Assembly: GCA_035221665.1 (NCBI GenBank)
Contig: CM069140.1
Span: 53,940,001-54,004,000, forward strand
Length of the DNA stretch: 64,000 nucleotides
Source of the DNA: Okamejei kenojei
Taxonomy: Eukaryota
Direction of reading: 5' to 3'
A program made the translations under genes and the position numbers. The notes beneath the pieces are model-generated. The model was not told the origin of the DNA and did not search any database. It saw only the letters and a program-made list of their open reading frames with translations. Of this stretch, positions 49,170 to 60,806 are shown piece after piece (position 1 is the first letter of the stretch; each line of letters begins with the position of its first letter).

Positions 49170-51229
49170 ACCATATAACCATATAACCATATAACAATTA
49201 CAACACGGAAACAGGCCCTCTCGGCCCTTCCAGTCCGTGCCGACCATTTGTTTTCCTCTAGTCCCATCTACCTGCACTCAGACCATACCCCTCCATTCCC
49301 TTCACGTCCATATACCTATCCACTTTACTTTTAAATGTTAAAATCGATCCTGCCTCCACCACTTCTGCTGGAAGCTGATTCCACACAGCCACCACCCTCT
49401 GAGTAAAGAAGTTCCCCCTCACGTTACCCCTAAACTTCTGTCCCTTAATTCTCATGTCATGCCCTCTTGTTTGAATTTTCCCTACCCTCAATGGGAAAAG
49501 CTTATCCACGTCAACTCTGTCTATCCCTTTCATCATTTTAAAGACCTCAATCAAGTCCCCCCTTAACTTTCTGCGCTCCAAAGAATAAAGACCTAACTTG
49601 TTCAACCTTTCTCTGTAACATAGTTGCTGGAACCCTGGCAACATTCTAGTAAATCTCCTCTGTACTCTCTCTATTTTGTTGACATCCTTCCTATAATTAG
49701 GCGACCAAAATTGTACACCATACTCCAGAATTGGTCTTACCAATGCCTTGTACAATTTTAACATTACTTCCCTACTCCTATATTCAATGCTCTGATTTAT
49801 AAAGGCCAGCACACCAAAGGCTTTCTTTACCACCCTATCTACATGCGATTCCACCTTCAGGGAACTATGCACAGTTATTCCTAGATCCCTTTGTTCCACA
49901 GCATTCCTCAATTCCCTACCATTTACCATGTACGTCCTATTTTGATTTGTCCTGCCAATATGTAGCACTTCACACTTAACAGCATTAAACTCCATCTGCC
50001 ATCTTTCAGCCCACTTTTCCAAATGGCCCAAATCTCTCTGTAGACTTTGAAAATCTACTTCATTATCCACAACACCACCTATCTTAGTATCATCTGCATA
50101 CTTACTTATCCAATTTTCCACCCCATCATCCAGATCATTGATGTACATGACAAACAACAGTGGACCCAACACAGATCCCTGAGGCACCCCACTGGTCACC
50201 GGCTTCCAACCTGACAAACAGCCATCCACCATTACTCTCTGACATCTCCCATTCAGCCACTGTTGAATCCATCTTGCTACTCCACCATTTACACCCAAAG
50301 ATTGAACCTTCTTAACCAACCTTCCATGGGGAACCTTGTCAAAGGCCTTACTGAAATCCATATAGACAACATCCACTGCTTTACCCTCATCAATTTCCCT
50401 AGTTACCGCTTCAAAAAATTCAAGAAGGTTTGTCAAACATGACCTTCCAGGCACAAATCCATGTTGACTGTTCCTGATCAGACCCTGTATATCCAGATGC
50501 TTATATATATTATCTCTAAGTATCCTTTCCATTAATTTGCCCACCACTGACGTCAAACTAATATGTCTATAATTGCTAGGTTTATTCTTTGAACCCTTTT
50601 TAAACAATGGAACAACATGCGCAGTACGCCAATCCTCCGGCACTATTCCCGTTTCTAATGACATTTGAAATATTTCTGTCATAGCTCCTGCTATTTCTAC
50701 ACTAACTTCCCTCAATGTCCTAGGGAATATCCTGTCAGGACCTGGAGACTTATCCACTTTTATATTTTTCAAAAATGTCAGTACTTCCTCCTCTTTGAAT
50801 CTCATAGTTTCCATAGCTACTCTACTTTTTTCCCTTACCTCACCGAGTTCAATATCCTTGAAGAAAAGAAATTGTTCAATATCTCCCCCATCTCTTTTGG
50901 CTCTGCAGATAGCTGTCCATTCTGGTTCTCTAATGGTCCAATTTTATCCCTCGTTATCCTTTTGCTATTAATATAGCTGTAGAAACCCTTTGGATTTACT
51001 TTCACCTTTCTTGCCAAAGCAACCTCATATCTTCTTTTAGCTTTCCTAATTTCTTTCTTAAGATTCTTTTTACATTCTTTATACTCCTCTAGCACCTCAT
51101 TTACTCCATGCCTCCTATAATTATTGTAGATATCTCTCTTTTTTCGAAACAAGTGTCCAATTTCCCTTGAAAACCATGGCTCTTTCCAATTTTCACTATT
51201 TCCTTTCAACCTAACAGGGACCTAACAGG
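49170..51229 (-). mobile_element. Young 5'-truncated CR1 LINE, (TATATGGT)n-tail subfamily, inserted in an older plus-strand CR1 3' end (49080-49169 and 51230-51372)
   Basis: (accatata)n tail; GATTA at 49165-49169 and 51230-51234; host CR1 reads through across the insert. Confidence 0.95.
49258..50814 (-). CDS. CR1 ORF2 reverse-transcriptase and C-terminal region, uninterrupted 518 aa, no endonuclease domain
   Basis: KSPGPD, LFKKG..NYR, QHGF..GRSCLTNL, DFSKAFD, GVPQGSVLGP, YADD; the upstream 50835..51209 piece is offset by an internal deletion. Confidence 0.93.
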   Translation of the reverse strand: METMRFKEEEVLTFLKNIKVDKSPGPDRIFPRTLREVSVEIAGAMTEIFQMSLETGIVPEDWRTAHVVPLFKKGSKNKPSNYRHISLTSVVGKLMERILRDNIYKHLDIQGLIRNSQHGFVPGRSCLTNLLEFFEAVTREIDEGKAVDVVYMDFSKAFDKVPHGRLVKKVQSLGVNGGVARWIQQWLNGRCQRVMVDGCLSGWKPVTSGVPQGSVLGPLLFVMYINDLDDGVENWISKYADDTKIGGVVDNEVDFQSLQRDLGHLEKWAERWQMEFNAVKCEVLHIGRTNQNRTYMVNGRELRNAVEQRDLGITVHSSLKVESHVDRVVKKAFGVLAFINQSIEYRSREVMLKLYKALVRPILEYGVQFWSPNYRKDVNKIERVQRRFTRMLPGFQQLCYRERLNKLGLYSLERRKLRGDLIEVFKMMKGIDRVDVDKLFPLRVGKIQTRGHDMRIKGQKFRGNVRGNFFTQRVVAVWNQLPAEVVEAGSILTFKSKVDRYMDVKGMEGYGLSAGRWD

Positions 51230-51448
51230 GATTAGTAAGGGCATCAAAGTTTATGGGGAGAAGGCAGGAGAATGGGATAGAGAAGGAAAAAGTAATCATC
51301 CACGATCAAATGGCAGACCAGATTCAATAGGCTGAATGGCCTATTTCTGCTCCTGTGTCTATGTTTATGGTCTAATGGCCTTATATAGAAGAAAAACACT
51401 TCTGCGTTTATTTCAGTAAACTAACCTAAAACAAAATATTGCTCTGCA

Positions 51449-51548
51449 ATCAGTCTGAAGAAGGATCTTGGTCCAAAATATTGTATGTCCATTTACTTCC
51501 ACAGATGCCTGACCTGCTGAGTTCCTCCAGTGTTTTCTTCTTTTGTCT
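51449..51548 (+). mobile_element. Diverged Penelope-derived hammerhead unit
   Basis: CAGTCTGAAGAAGGATCTTGGTCCAAAATATT...cagatgcctgacctgctgagttcctccag. Confidence 0.75.
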
Positions 51549-53169
51549 CCTTTCAAGACGGAAATGATTTTCACATATGTTAAGCAGAACACTGCATTGA
51601 TAGCAACACAGTATATTGCTTAATGAAAACTGTGCTGCGAAAAATACAATATTTGAGAAAATCTGAGAGTAGGGTTCCATTAACCACCAAGACAAAATCA
51701 GAGAGCTTTTAAAGCAGGAGTGGAATTTAGAATAAATGTATGGTAAATTAAGTCAACTCAAGCTAGCCTGCAGAAATCCAAGATCTCTCAAGCACTTTAA
51801 TTTTAGATATATTACATCATTGCATTTGTTGTGTTTGTAATTTTTGAGAGGATTTGCTTAATTACATACAAGTAAGCAAGACGTAAGTACATTATAATAT
51901 CAGCATGACTGTTTTTATAGAGTGGTTAAAATGAGTGATTTTCACTGAGGAAAAGTGATGACAAGGGGCATATTTTCATTGCACATTATACAATTATGTT
52001 TTACCTTTAATATAACTAATTTAACATACTGAAGATTATTGATGAAGACAACTTAGTAATGAAATAGTCTTAGAGTCGTACAGCATGGAAACAGGCCATT
52101 TGGCCAAACTTGCCCATGCAGACCAAGATGCCTTATCCACATGTCCAACCTGCCTGCATTTCATCCATATTCCTCCAAACCTTTCCTACCCATGTACCTA
52201 TCCAAAATATTGTATACATTTATATTAAGCCAAACAATTTTAACTGAAAATTAACCTATCCGTGTTCTCCAGAAACGATGTTTGACCAGATGAGTTACTC
52301 CAGAACTTTGTGTATCTCTTTTTTTAACTAAAGTCTCTCGTGACAAAATACATTTACACCTTAAAATTGTGGTTGATTGTAAGTAAATGGTCCTTTGTTT
52401 GGATTGATCAATTTGTTTATCGGGACATACCAACACCAAAATTCAGCAATGGGCATCATTGAAGCTCGTTGGTCATCAGCAGCATCAGAAATGAATGCGA
52501 CCACAATCTCTAACCTCATTACGCTAGCAGTTCCAGCCACTGCCAAGCTGGGAAACTAATTATAACTCGATGCAAAACGCAAAGAGAGGTGATGTTACTT
52601 CACAGGGATAGCTATATCCGAAAACATCTGTACAACTGAAAAATGACGTATTCATTTCTATGACACTCAAGTTGTAGAAAATTCTTCACAGAATTATAAT
52701 CGGACAATAAACTGAATATCAAAGGAAAAAAGGTTATTATAATGGTGACAAAGAGAGTGCTCAAAAGCAGAAGGTGAAGGAACGGAATGGTTTTGGGAGG
52801 AAATATGAGGGCCTTGGGAATAGAATGACCATTGGAAGAAGTGCATAAACAGCTAGAGTTTATTCATACTCCTATATGAATACAAGTTGTATGAACCAAC
52901 AAGGTTGGAGGAGGGGTGAACAAATCAGACATAAGAGGGCTGTGACATTAAGATGATTTAGGGACTAGGAGTCAGTGTGGTTGAACAACATTTGATGCAG
53001 TTTAGGATGCAAGCCAAGTTTTGAATGCCTTGGGAAAAATTTTTCCTGGGGCAAGTGTAGAATTGGGATCGGTGGAACAATGGGTTGTGATTACTGAGCC
53101 ATCGAGGGAACTCATCAAAGTTGATGTTGGTGCCGAAGTTGCTTGGAGGTGGGAAGGTTGGAAATGTGA

Positions 53170-53262
53170 GCAAAACACATGCTGGAGGAACTCAGTGGAC
53201 CAGGCAGCATCTGTGGAAGAAATGGACGGACATTTTGGGTCATGACTCTCCTTCAGACTGAT
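53170..53262 (-). mobile_element. Diverged Penelope-derived hammerhead unit
   Basis: tgctggaggaactcag...caggcagcatctgtgg...ttttgggtcatgactctccttcagactg. Confidence 0.75.
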
Positions 53263-53674
53263 TCAGATTGAAGGTTGGAAATATGTTAGAGTTTATTTGG
53301 AGGGAATTGATAAGAGAGAACAGGAGATCTAATAAAGTGGAAATTGGAGAAGAGGAACTGAGATGAATATTGAAATTGCTCAGAATAAGGAATTAGTCAT
53401 TGCAGAGAGAAAACATGATAATATCTAAGAATGCCGATTTTACTGGAGAAATGAGAAAAATCGAAAAAAAAAGAAAATAGAAGCAGACAAAGGTGAAAGA
53501 GGAGCAAGTGAGGACAACATTTGTTTACGGTGGACAATGAAAAGTGTGATGTGTTGAGAGGCTTAAGTATGACCCTAGGTCCCTGAGCAACATCATTGCC
53601 TGAATGTTGTCTGCAGGTCTTTTCTATTTCCATATCAGTGGTCAAGTGTGAAAGTTTCTTTATTAACCTCTGGG

Positions 53675-53762
53675 GTACACAAAAGGCTGGAGAAACTCAG
53701 CGGGTGCAGCAGCATCTAAGGAGCGAAGGAGATAGGCGACATTTTGGGTCGAGACCCTTCTT
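53675..53762 (-). mobile_element. Penelope-derived hammerhead unit, cut within the core
   Basis: gctggagaaactcagcgggtgcagcagcatct...gcgacattttgggtcgagacccttctt. Confidence 0.8.
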
Positions 53763-54487
53763 GCTCAGTGTGAGAGAGGGCTTGGTTTGTTTTATGGTCC
53801 AGCAGAAAACATCAAAGGAATGCGTTTGTGTTGAGCCACAGTAACATCCCACAGCAAGCGGCACTCTGCAATTGCTTCGGTTTGATATGTGATGACTGAA
53901 GTATTGGAGAACACAGTGTGCTCTGGATGTCAGCATGTTGTCATGAACAGAAAAGACCCCAATAGCCTTTGAATTCACCTTTTATTCAATCTAAAAGCAC
54001 ATAAAACAAAGCAGTGACTAATTTTATTTGGGCACCTTCTCATTGTCCTTGAGATAATTTGCTTCTCAGCATACTGTGGAAGACAGTTCTGACATAAAGA
54101 AGGGACATTCTCTGGAAATCATGGATAGGTCAACTATATGTTCTCAGTTTTACAATGGAATATATATTGGTTGAATGTACTAATTTAACTGGATGTTAAT
54201 CCTTCCATCATTTCTCAACACTCAATTCTTCCTCATTTAAAAAATGTATGTCTGTTATTTTAGCATTATTGCCAGAGGTTTATGTTAGACATCTGGGAAG
54301 ACTTTGCAGCAATATTCCTGAAAATAAATTATTTGTCTGAACAATGGCCTTGATGTGCAATCCACAATCCAAAAACAAAGAATCAGAAATAAATTGATTT
54401 AAATGATGGCTAATTAACCAAATTGGCATTCATAGTTTTATGACAGCTGAAGTAGCTGATCTTGCATTAAAACATATTTCTTTCTAA

Positions 54488-54612
54488 GAAATGTTTAAGA
54501 AAGAACTAAAGTTTCAGTCTGTAGAAGGGTCTCAACCCGAAACGTCCCATATTCCTTCGCTCCATAGATGCTGCCACACCCGCTGAGTTTCTCCAGCATT
54601 TTTGTCTACCTT
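54488..54612 (+). mobile_element. Penelope-derived hammerhead unit with a short inverted tail piece upstream
   Basis: CAGTCTGTAGAAGGGTCTCAACCCGAAACGTC...; upstream gtttaagaaagaact is the reverse complement of the family tail. Confidence 0.82.
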
Positions 54613-55307
54613 TCTAATGTAAGAATATACACAGATAAATCATAAGGTTCTATTTTAGAATTTGGTGATTATAATCCCAAAACTTTTTTTTTTGGTTATA
54701 TATTCTTGTTCATCTATGTAAATCAGTTGTTTATATTAACTTATAATACCCATCAAAATCTTAGCATCTACAAATAGTTGTCTTTCTCTGCATTGAGAAA
54801 GCATTTAGCATTAATTCAAAACTCATCAGTCATTCCCAGCATTGATTTAATTCCTCCAGTCCTTTCTCACTGTAATGATCAATGCCTTCCTTAACATTGC
54901 CCTTTAATTTACAATTAGAACTATTCCCCAGATTTCCATTCTAGCATCAAGTACATCTTCGGAAGTTCTACTCTAGTATCTATTTTGATCGAGCTGTATT
55001 ATTACCGCTTTAACTGTACCACTCTGCTTTTACTGTAGATGAGCTTTTATTGAACCTTTGTCTTAGCAACAATATCTAGTTTTGACTTCTATAAAGCTTG
55101 AGGAAACCTAGTATTTCTGAACAATTCATGGGATTTTCGATGTTCTAATTTATCATGGACATTTAAATCTGTGTGGCACTCAAGAAGAAATTTGACTTTG
55201 ATGTAACTGTTACATATTTATGCCTGTTGGAGAAAAATTAATATTTGGATTAAAAAACCCCAAATTAAAGTACCTTTGGAGCTCGAACCGTCGTCATGTC
55301 GAGCTGA

Positions 55308-55404
55308 TAGTCTGAAGCAGGGTTCCAACCTGAAACATCACTCATCTTTTTCCCCCAGAGATGCTGCCTGACCCGCTGCGTTACTCCAGCACTTTGTGTC
55401 TATC
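55308..55404 (+). mobile_element. Penelope-derived hammerhead unit
   Basis: AGTCTGAAGCAGGGTTCCAACCTGAAACATC...gatgctgcctgacccgctgcgttactccagcac. Confidence 0.8.
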
Positions 55405-55704
55405 GTAATATATCAAATCAATATTCACAATACATTTCACATTTTCTTATTCATTAGTTTTTATACATAACTCAACATGTGGTGATACCAGTACCCTTAC
55501 ACAATAGAGATTTAAGAAGTTTGCATGGGGTACCAACTAAAATGTCCTGAAAAGTTTTCAATATATATAAAATATACGAATAAACAATCCTTGTCCCACA
55601 TCATCCCAGGATAGTGCAATGCAACATGTTAGCCATTTATTCAGGATAGATTATGTTACCAGACCAACAGTCTGGATAGGGTCTGGAGATATGAGCTCAA
55701 ATCC

Positions 55705-56389
55705 TCCGACATTTTCGCCACCTCCAAACCACCCCTTCCCCAGGTACTTTCCCTTGCAACCGCAGGAAATGCTACACTTGTCGCTTTACCTCCCCCCTCG
55801 ATTCCATCCAAGGACCCAAACAGTCTTTCCAGGTGAGGGAGAGGTTCACCTGGACCTCCTCCAACCTCATCTACTGCATCCGCTGTTCCAGGTGTTAACT
55901 TCTCTATATCGGCGAAACCAAGCGCAGGCTTGGCAATCGCCTAGTCCAACACCTCTGCTCAGTTCGCACTAACCAACCTGATCTCCCGGTGGCTCAGCAC
56001 TTCAACTCCCCCTCCCATTCCGAATCTGACCTTTCTGTTCTGGGCCTCCTTCATTGCCAGAGTTAGGCCCAGCGCAAATTGGAGGAACAGCACCTCATAT
56101 TTCGCTTGGGTAGTGTACACCCCAGTGGTATGAACATTGACCTCCAATTTCAGATAGTCCTTGCTTTCTCCCACTTTCCCCTCCCCCTTCCCAGCTCTCC
56201 CACATAGCCTACTGTCTCCGCCTCTTCCTTTCTTTCCCCCCCCCCCCGACATCAGTCCGAAGAAGAGTCTCGACGTGAAACGTCCCCTATTCTTTCATTC
56301 TCTCCATAAATGCTGCCTGTCCCGCTGAGTTTCTCCAGCAATTTCGTCTACCTTCGATTTTTACAGCATCTGCAGTTCTTTCTTAAACA
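55705..56389 (+). mobile_element. 5'-truncated Penelope-like retroelement (Cys-rich linker plus GIY-YIG endonuclease, Neptune-type), with hammerhead-bearing tail and 8-bp TSD
   Basis: Frame from 55740: PGTFPCNRRKCYTC...SSNLIYCIRCSRC*LLYIGETKRRLGNR..HL...PVAQHFN...RKLEEQHLIFRLGS..PSGMNID; TCAAATCC at 55697-55704 and 56390-56397. Confidence 0.92.
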
Positions 56390-57534
56390 TCAAATCCCAC
56401 CATGGCATCAGGGATTTAAATGGTAAATCAAATAAACCTGGAATAAAGCTCCTGGATTTTCATAAAATGTCACCCAATTCATTAACATTAGGGTCTGTCT
56501 AGGACCAGCCAAACTACATAGTCATGTTTCATCACCTTCTATCTAACATCCAGATCACAATCCCAAGCACGTCTTGTCTTTCTGGCAGGATAGACGAACA
56601 AGAACTGGTCTGGAAGGCATTGAAAAGAGTTTGGTCCTGGAAGACCACAGCATTAAGCCTGAACCTGTGCCAACAGATTGAGGAAACCTCCTGCTAAATT
56701 GCCATATTTCTACTTAAGTTTTAATTATTTTTCTGTTTCTAATTATCAAGAGGGCCAGTTTTATCAGTTCAGGCCCAGGAGATTGTGGAAGGCAGGAACC
56801 AGAGTCCTGAGTCTGACTGGCAGGCAGAATCTAGCTCAATTCAGCCCATTATTATGCATCTCAAATTTGACTGATTAGGATCTTTAGGAATTGTGGCAAT
56901 ATCACAATTTATTCACTAGCAAGCAAGGTCAATTAAAACTCAGAGCACAGGCTTTGGTTTCATTTTTAGGAGGAAAACATTAAACCATATAAACAACAGC
57001 AATGAGGTTTTATCATCCTCTGTAATATATCCATTACCATTAAAACCGTCAGGTTATAACTACCGATGTTACAACTGATACACGATTAAATTGCCCCTAA
57101 GTGATATCATGAGTGACTGACGCCACGCACCCTTGCTGGTTAAAGGACTAAAATAAAATCAATTTTCTCAGGATTTTTTATTTTTATATTTTTTGTGTTG
57201 GGATACTTATTTAGATTTAAGCACATTATTATCTTCAGTCGCTGCTGAAATTGCCCAGTTATTTCCCTCCGTATTAAATGTATTAATATTTTAAAGTCTA
57301 TAAAATGTTTTTGTTATTTGTTTTCTGTTACTGGAGTTTGAAGGAAATAATTTGTCAGGGAATTGCCTCATGGTTTTTCCCACTCAATTGCTTTAATGTT
57401 GGACAATGTTTGGCATAAATCTGGCTACGTATTAGCTTTAGATTTGGACATATAGCTTTTATTTGTTCTGGTGTGTAATGATTGCAGTTGCTAACTCACC
57501 ATCAAGAAAAACGCATGCATACTCACTAAAGAGT

Positions 57535-58010
57535 ATGTATCAGTGAGACCAAGCGTAGGCTTGGCGATTGCTTCGCCGAACACCTCCGCTCGATTCGCAA
57601 TAACCAACCTGATCTCCCGGTGGCACAGCACTTCAACTCCCCCTCCCATTCCGAATCCGACCTTTCTCTCCTGGGCCTCCTCCATGGCTAGAGTGAGGAC
57701 CACCGTAAATTGGAGGAGCAGCACCTCATATTTCGCTAGGGCAGTTGGCACCCCAGCGGTATGAAGATTAACTTCTCTAATTTAAGATTGTCCCTACTTT
57801 CTCCTCCCCTTCTCAACTCTCCCTCAGCCCACTGGCTCCTCCTCTTCGTTTCTTCTTCCCGCCTCCCCTCACCCTCAAATCAGTCTGAAGAAGGGTTTCG
57901 ACCCGAAACGTTGCCTATTTCCTTCGCACCATAGATGCTGCCTCACCCACTGAGTTTCTCCAGCATTTTTGTATTCTTTCGATTTTCCAGCATCTGCAGT
58001 TCCTTCTCAA
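57535..58010 (+). mobile_element. 5'-truncated Penelope-like element (second half of GIY-YIG plus tail)
   Basis: ISETKRRLGDCFAEHLRSIRNNQPDLPVAQHFNSP...RKLEEQHLIF; collinear with 55905-56390. Confidence 0.9.
57881..57916 (+). ncRNA. Minimal type I hammerhead ribozyme motif (best-preserved core in the window)
   Basis: cagt-CUGAAGA-A-GGGU(UUCG)ACCC-GAAA-CGUU; core CUGANGA and GAAA intact, 4-bp stem II, self-complementary ACGU in place of stem III; stem I only about 2 bp. Confidence 0.65.
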
Positions 58011-59739
58011 ATAAATACTCACTAAAGCGAATCATTTGTATATTGTTCAATGAGAATCATTCGGCATATTGTGCTGACTGTGGGCCACTTATGTTATCAC
58101 ATTCCCCAACCATTTACCCACAGCCCTTTCTCTGTTAACCTCCCTGAAAATCATCACTGAAAGAAAAGGGTTGAGTTAAGGTGAGTTAAGAGAATAGTGG
58201 AGGACATCTATTCAGGCAAGTATCACCCTGCTTGCCAATAGTGGCTCTGATCATAATATTTACAATAACTAAAGTAGAAAGAGGTCTAACTTTAACACAG
58301 ATATGCATCAAATTTATCTTAATGTAATAATATCGTAAACTCACACGAATGTCATAAATACTGTTGGCACTTGGTCCAATCTTTTCCATATCTGATGTGA
58401 CGATGTTTCATTCTATTTTCATATACTATTTCAAATATCTTCCGCATGTATATATTAATGTATTTCGCTCATCCTACAGTTTAGGACATGCTTGTAAGGC
58501 AAATTTCGCTGGAAAATATCCCGGAATATATTCTGGATCATCTGCATTACTTATTTTGGGTCAAATACACAACCACAACAATGATTACATGTTTTAATAT
58601 TTTCTTCCCCAATTTCATAACATTAGCTTGAGCATGCAACGATTACCAGTAGTCACACAATGTATAAAGGAGTGCTTGGTTGTGCAAAATTCTCGTGGGA
58701 AGATGCACCAAAAACATCTTTAAATCTCTAATTATACTGACTTTTTCAGCAAACACAGTTATGAGCCTAGTCAGTCATCCAAGGATGAGGTCTGTGGTTA
58801 GAATAATATTTTCAGCCATAGATTAAAAAAAAGAGTAAGAGTCATGTTTGTTTATTCAGCTTTAGCTGAATTTTCTGTCCTGGAACCCCACAGAGCCCTG
58901 CTTCTAAATTTATTCCATGTGTGGCATGTTTACAAGTCGTATCCTGTTGACACTAGAAGTCTACACTTGAATCCGGGCACTAACTCTCATCCTAACTTGT
59001 CTCAGATACACTTGACATTAAACGGAAATTCTGGCATCCACTGGATTTCTGAACCCTGCTCGGAATTCTTTGATTTCAAGTACCAATTAGGTAGATGTCC
59101 AAATCCTCAAGTAACACTAACCTACAGGAAAAAAAATGGAATAATGCAGCTGTAGGCCTGAAACTGAGCAAGGTATAAAAAAGAGACAAAGATTTTCTAT
59201 TAACTATTAAAGCCTGAATTTGCTAACCTTCCCATTTTCTAATGCATAATAGCTTATTGTCAACATGCTTTACATCCAGGTTTAGCATACTGTGAGTCTT
59301 TTTAGAGTAGCCATAATCGAAGACTGAATAAGTACCATTCCTAAACAAAGAGGAGCTATGTATTCATTTAATGGAACAGACCAAGTAAAATCCAGTGCCA
59401 TCTTAAAAGCTGAATGTTATGAATACAGTCCAAAGCCACATTACACATGAGCTGTAAATAGTATGGAAATTATAATGTTCAGACACCAGATATCTATTTC
59501 ATTGCTTCAAACATGAGTATGCATGTCAAACAGAACTAAGCTGGTGTCTGCAAGCACATGATCCATTAGTGTCCATGCTTGCCACACACTTCAGGGGATA
59601 AATGCTGATCACGGTTAATTGCATTTTTAGAATCACTGGAAACGGATCATGTTGCAAATGTAAAACAGGCACCCAGTGTCTGATGATGCTCACATGCTCA
59701 TTGCATGCCAGAAGTGTGTTGCCCACCGTATTAGTCTGG

Positions 59740-60610
59740 GCTTTTTAAGAAGACATCCAGGTCATCTGATCAAATCAGCAAATGCTTCTATGAGGCACCC
59801 ATGAGAATGAACCTTGGAATGATCAGATGACAATTCATGAGGTTGTTAATGGAATGGCTGGAAGCAGCCTTGCTTAATAGGGAGACGAGAAGAAATTCAC
59901 CATTGTCAGGCAACACTTGCTTTCTGGATTCCTCTTAGAATCTCTGAGTTGACTAACTACACTCTGTCTCAATAACCTGCAAGTTGCCAATGGGAATCAA
60001 TATGGTACCCTGACCAATTGCCCAGCTATGCTCTGCAAAATACTCGGCCTTAGACCGCCTCCTGTTGCCGCAGCATTTTTGTAGCTGCTCCATTTAAGTT
60101 TTGGGCTGGTGTTAATGATCACTAGACACCCGAATCCCAGGATGTTGATAGTGAAGGATTTGTCAGTAGTCATTTTTGACTATCTGGGATATGTGTTTAG
60201 ATTCTTTCTTGGTGATGCTGTTTGTTTATTGCTCCAAGCCTGGCTGTTTCTCAGATATCAGCATATGTCAGCACGCACTGTTTAATTCCCAAAGGATTTG
60301 CAAATAGAAGTGAATATTACAACTGTCAGCGAATATTACTGTTAATTTGCTTATAATAGAGGGAAGGTTCATTGGTAAAGCTGATGAAGATGGTTGGGTC
60401 TAAGTCACTACCCTGAGGAACTCCTGCAGCAGCATCCTGGGAAGAGATGATTGTTTCCAACAAACACAACCAACTTTGTTTGTGCAAGGTGTAAATCCCA
60501 GCAATGTAGAGCTTTCCCCATAACTCCCTTTGAAATGGTGCTTAGACATCAATAATGGTCATTTTCACTTCACCTCTTGCTCACTCTTTCTGGATCAAGG
60601 CAGTAATGTT
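59740..60610 (-). mobile_element. Ancient CR1-like LINE fossil
   Basis: Minus strand AGVPQGSDLDPTIFISF at about 60380-60430. Confidence 0.6.
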
Positions 60611-60709
60611 GGGGATCTCCAGAAGAGACTAAGATTTGTTCAGCACTTCTGCTGAGAACATGTGCAGGGCTATATATTCTTGGAGGTGGCTCCTCCTATC
60701 TGGCTTCTC

Positions 60710-60806
60710 CAGTCTGAAGAAGGGTCTCGACCCAAAATGTCACTTCTTTCTTTTCTCCAGAGATGCTGCCTGACCCACTGAGTTAGTCCAGCATTTTGTG
60801 TCTATC
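60710..60806 (+). mobile_element. Penelope-derived hammerhead unit
   Basis: CAGT-CTGAAGA-A-GGGTCTCGACCC-AAAATGTC-ACT (CpG-decayed core) plus tail. Confidence 0.87.
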
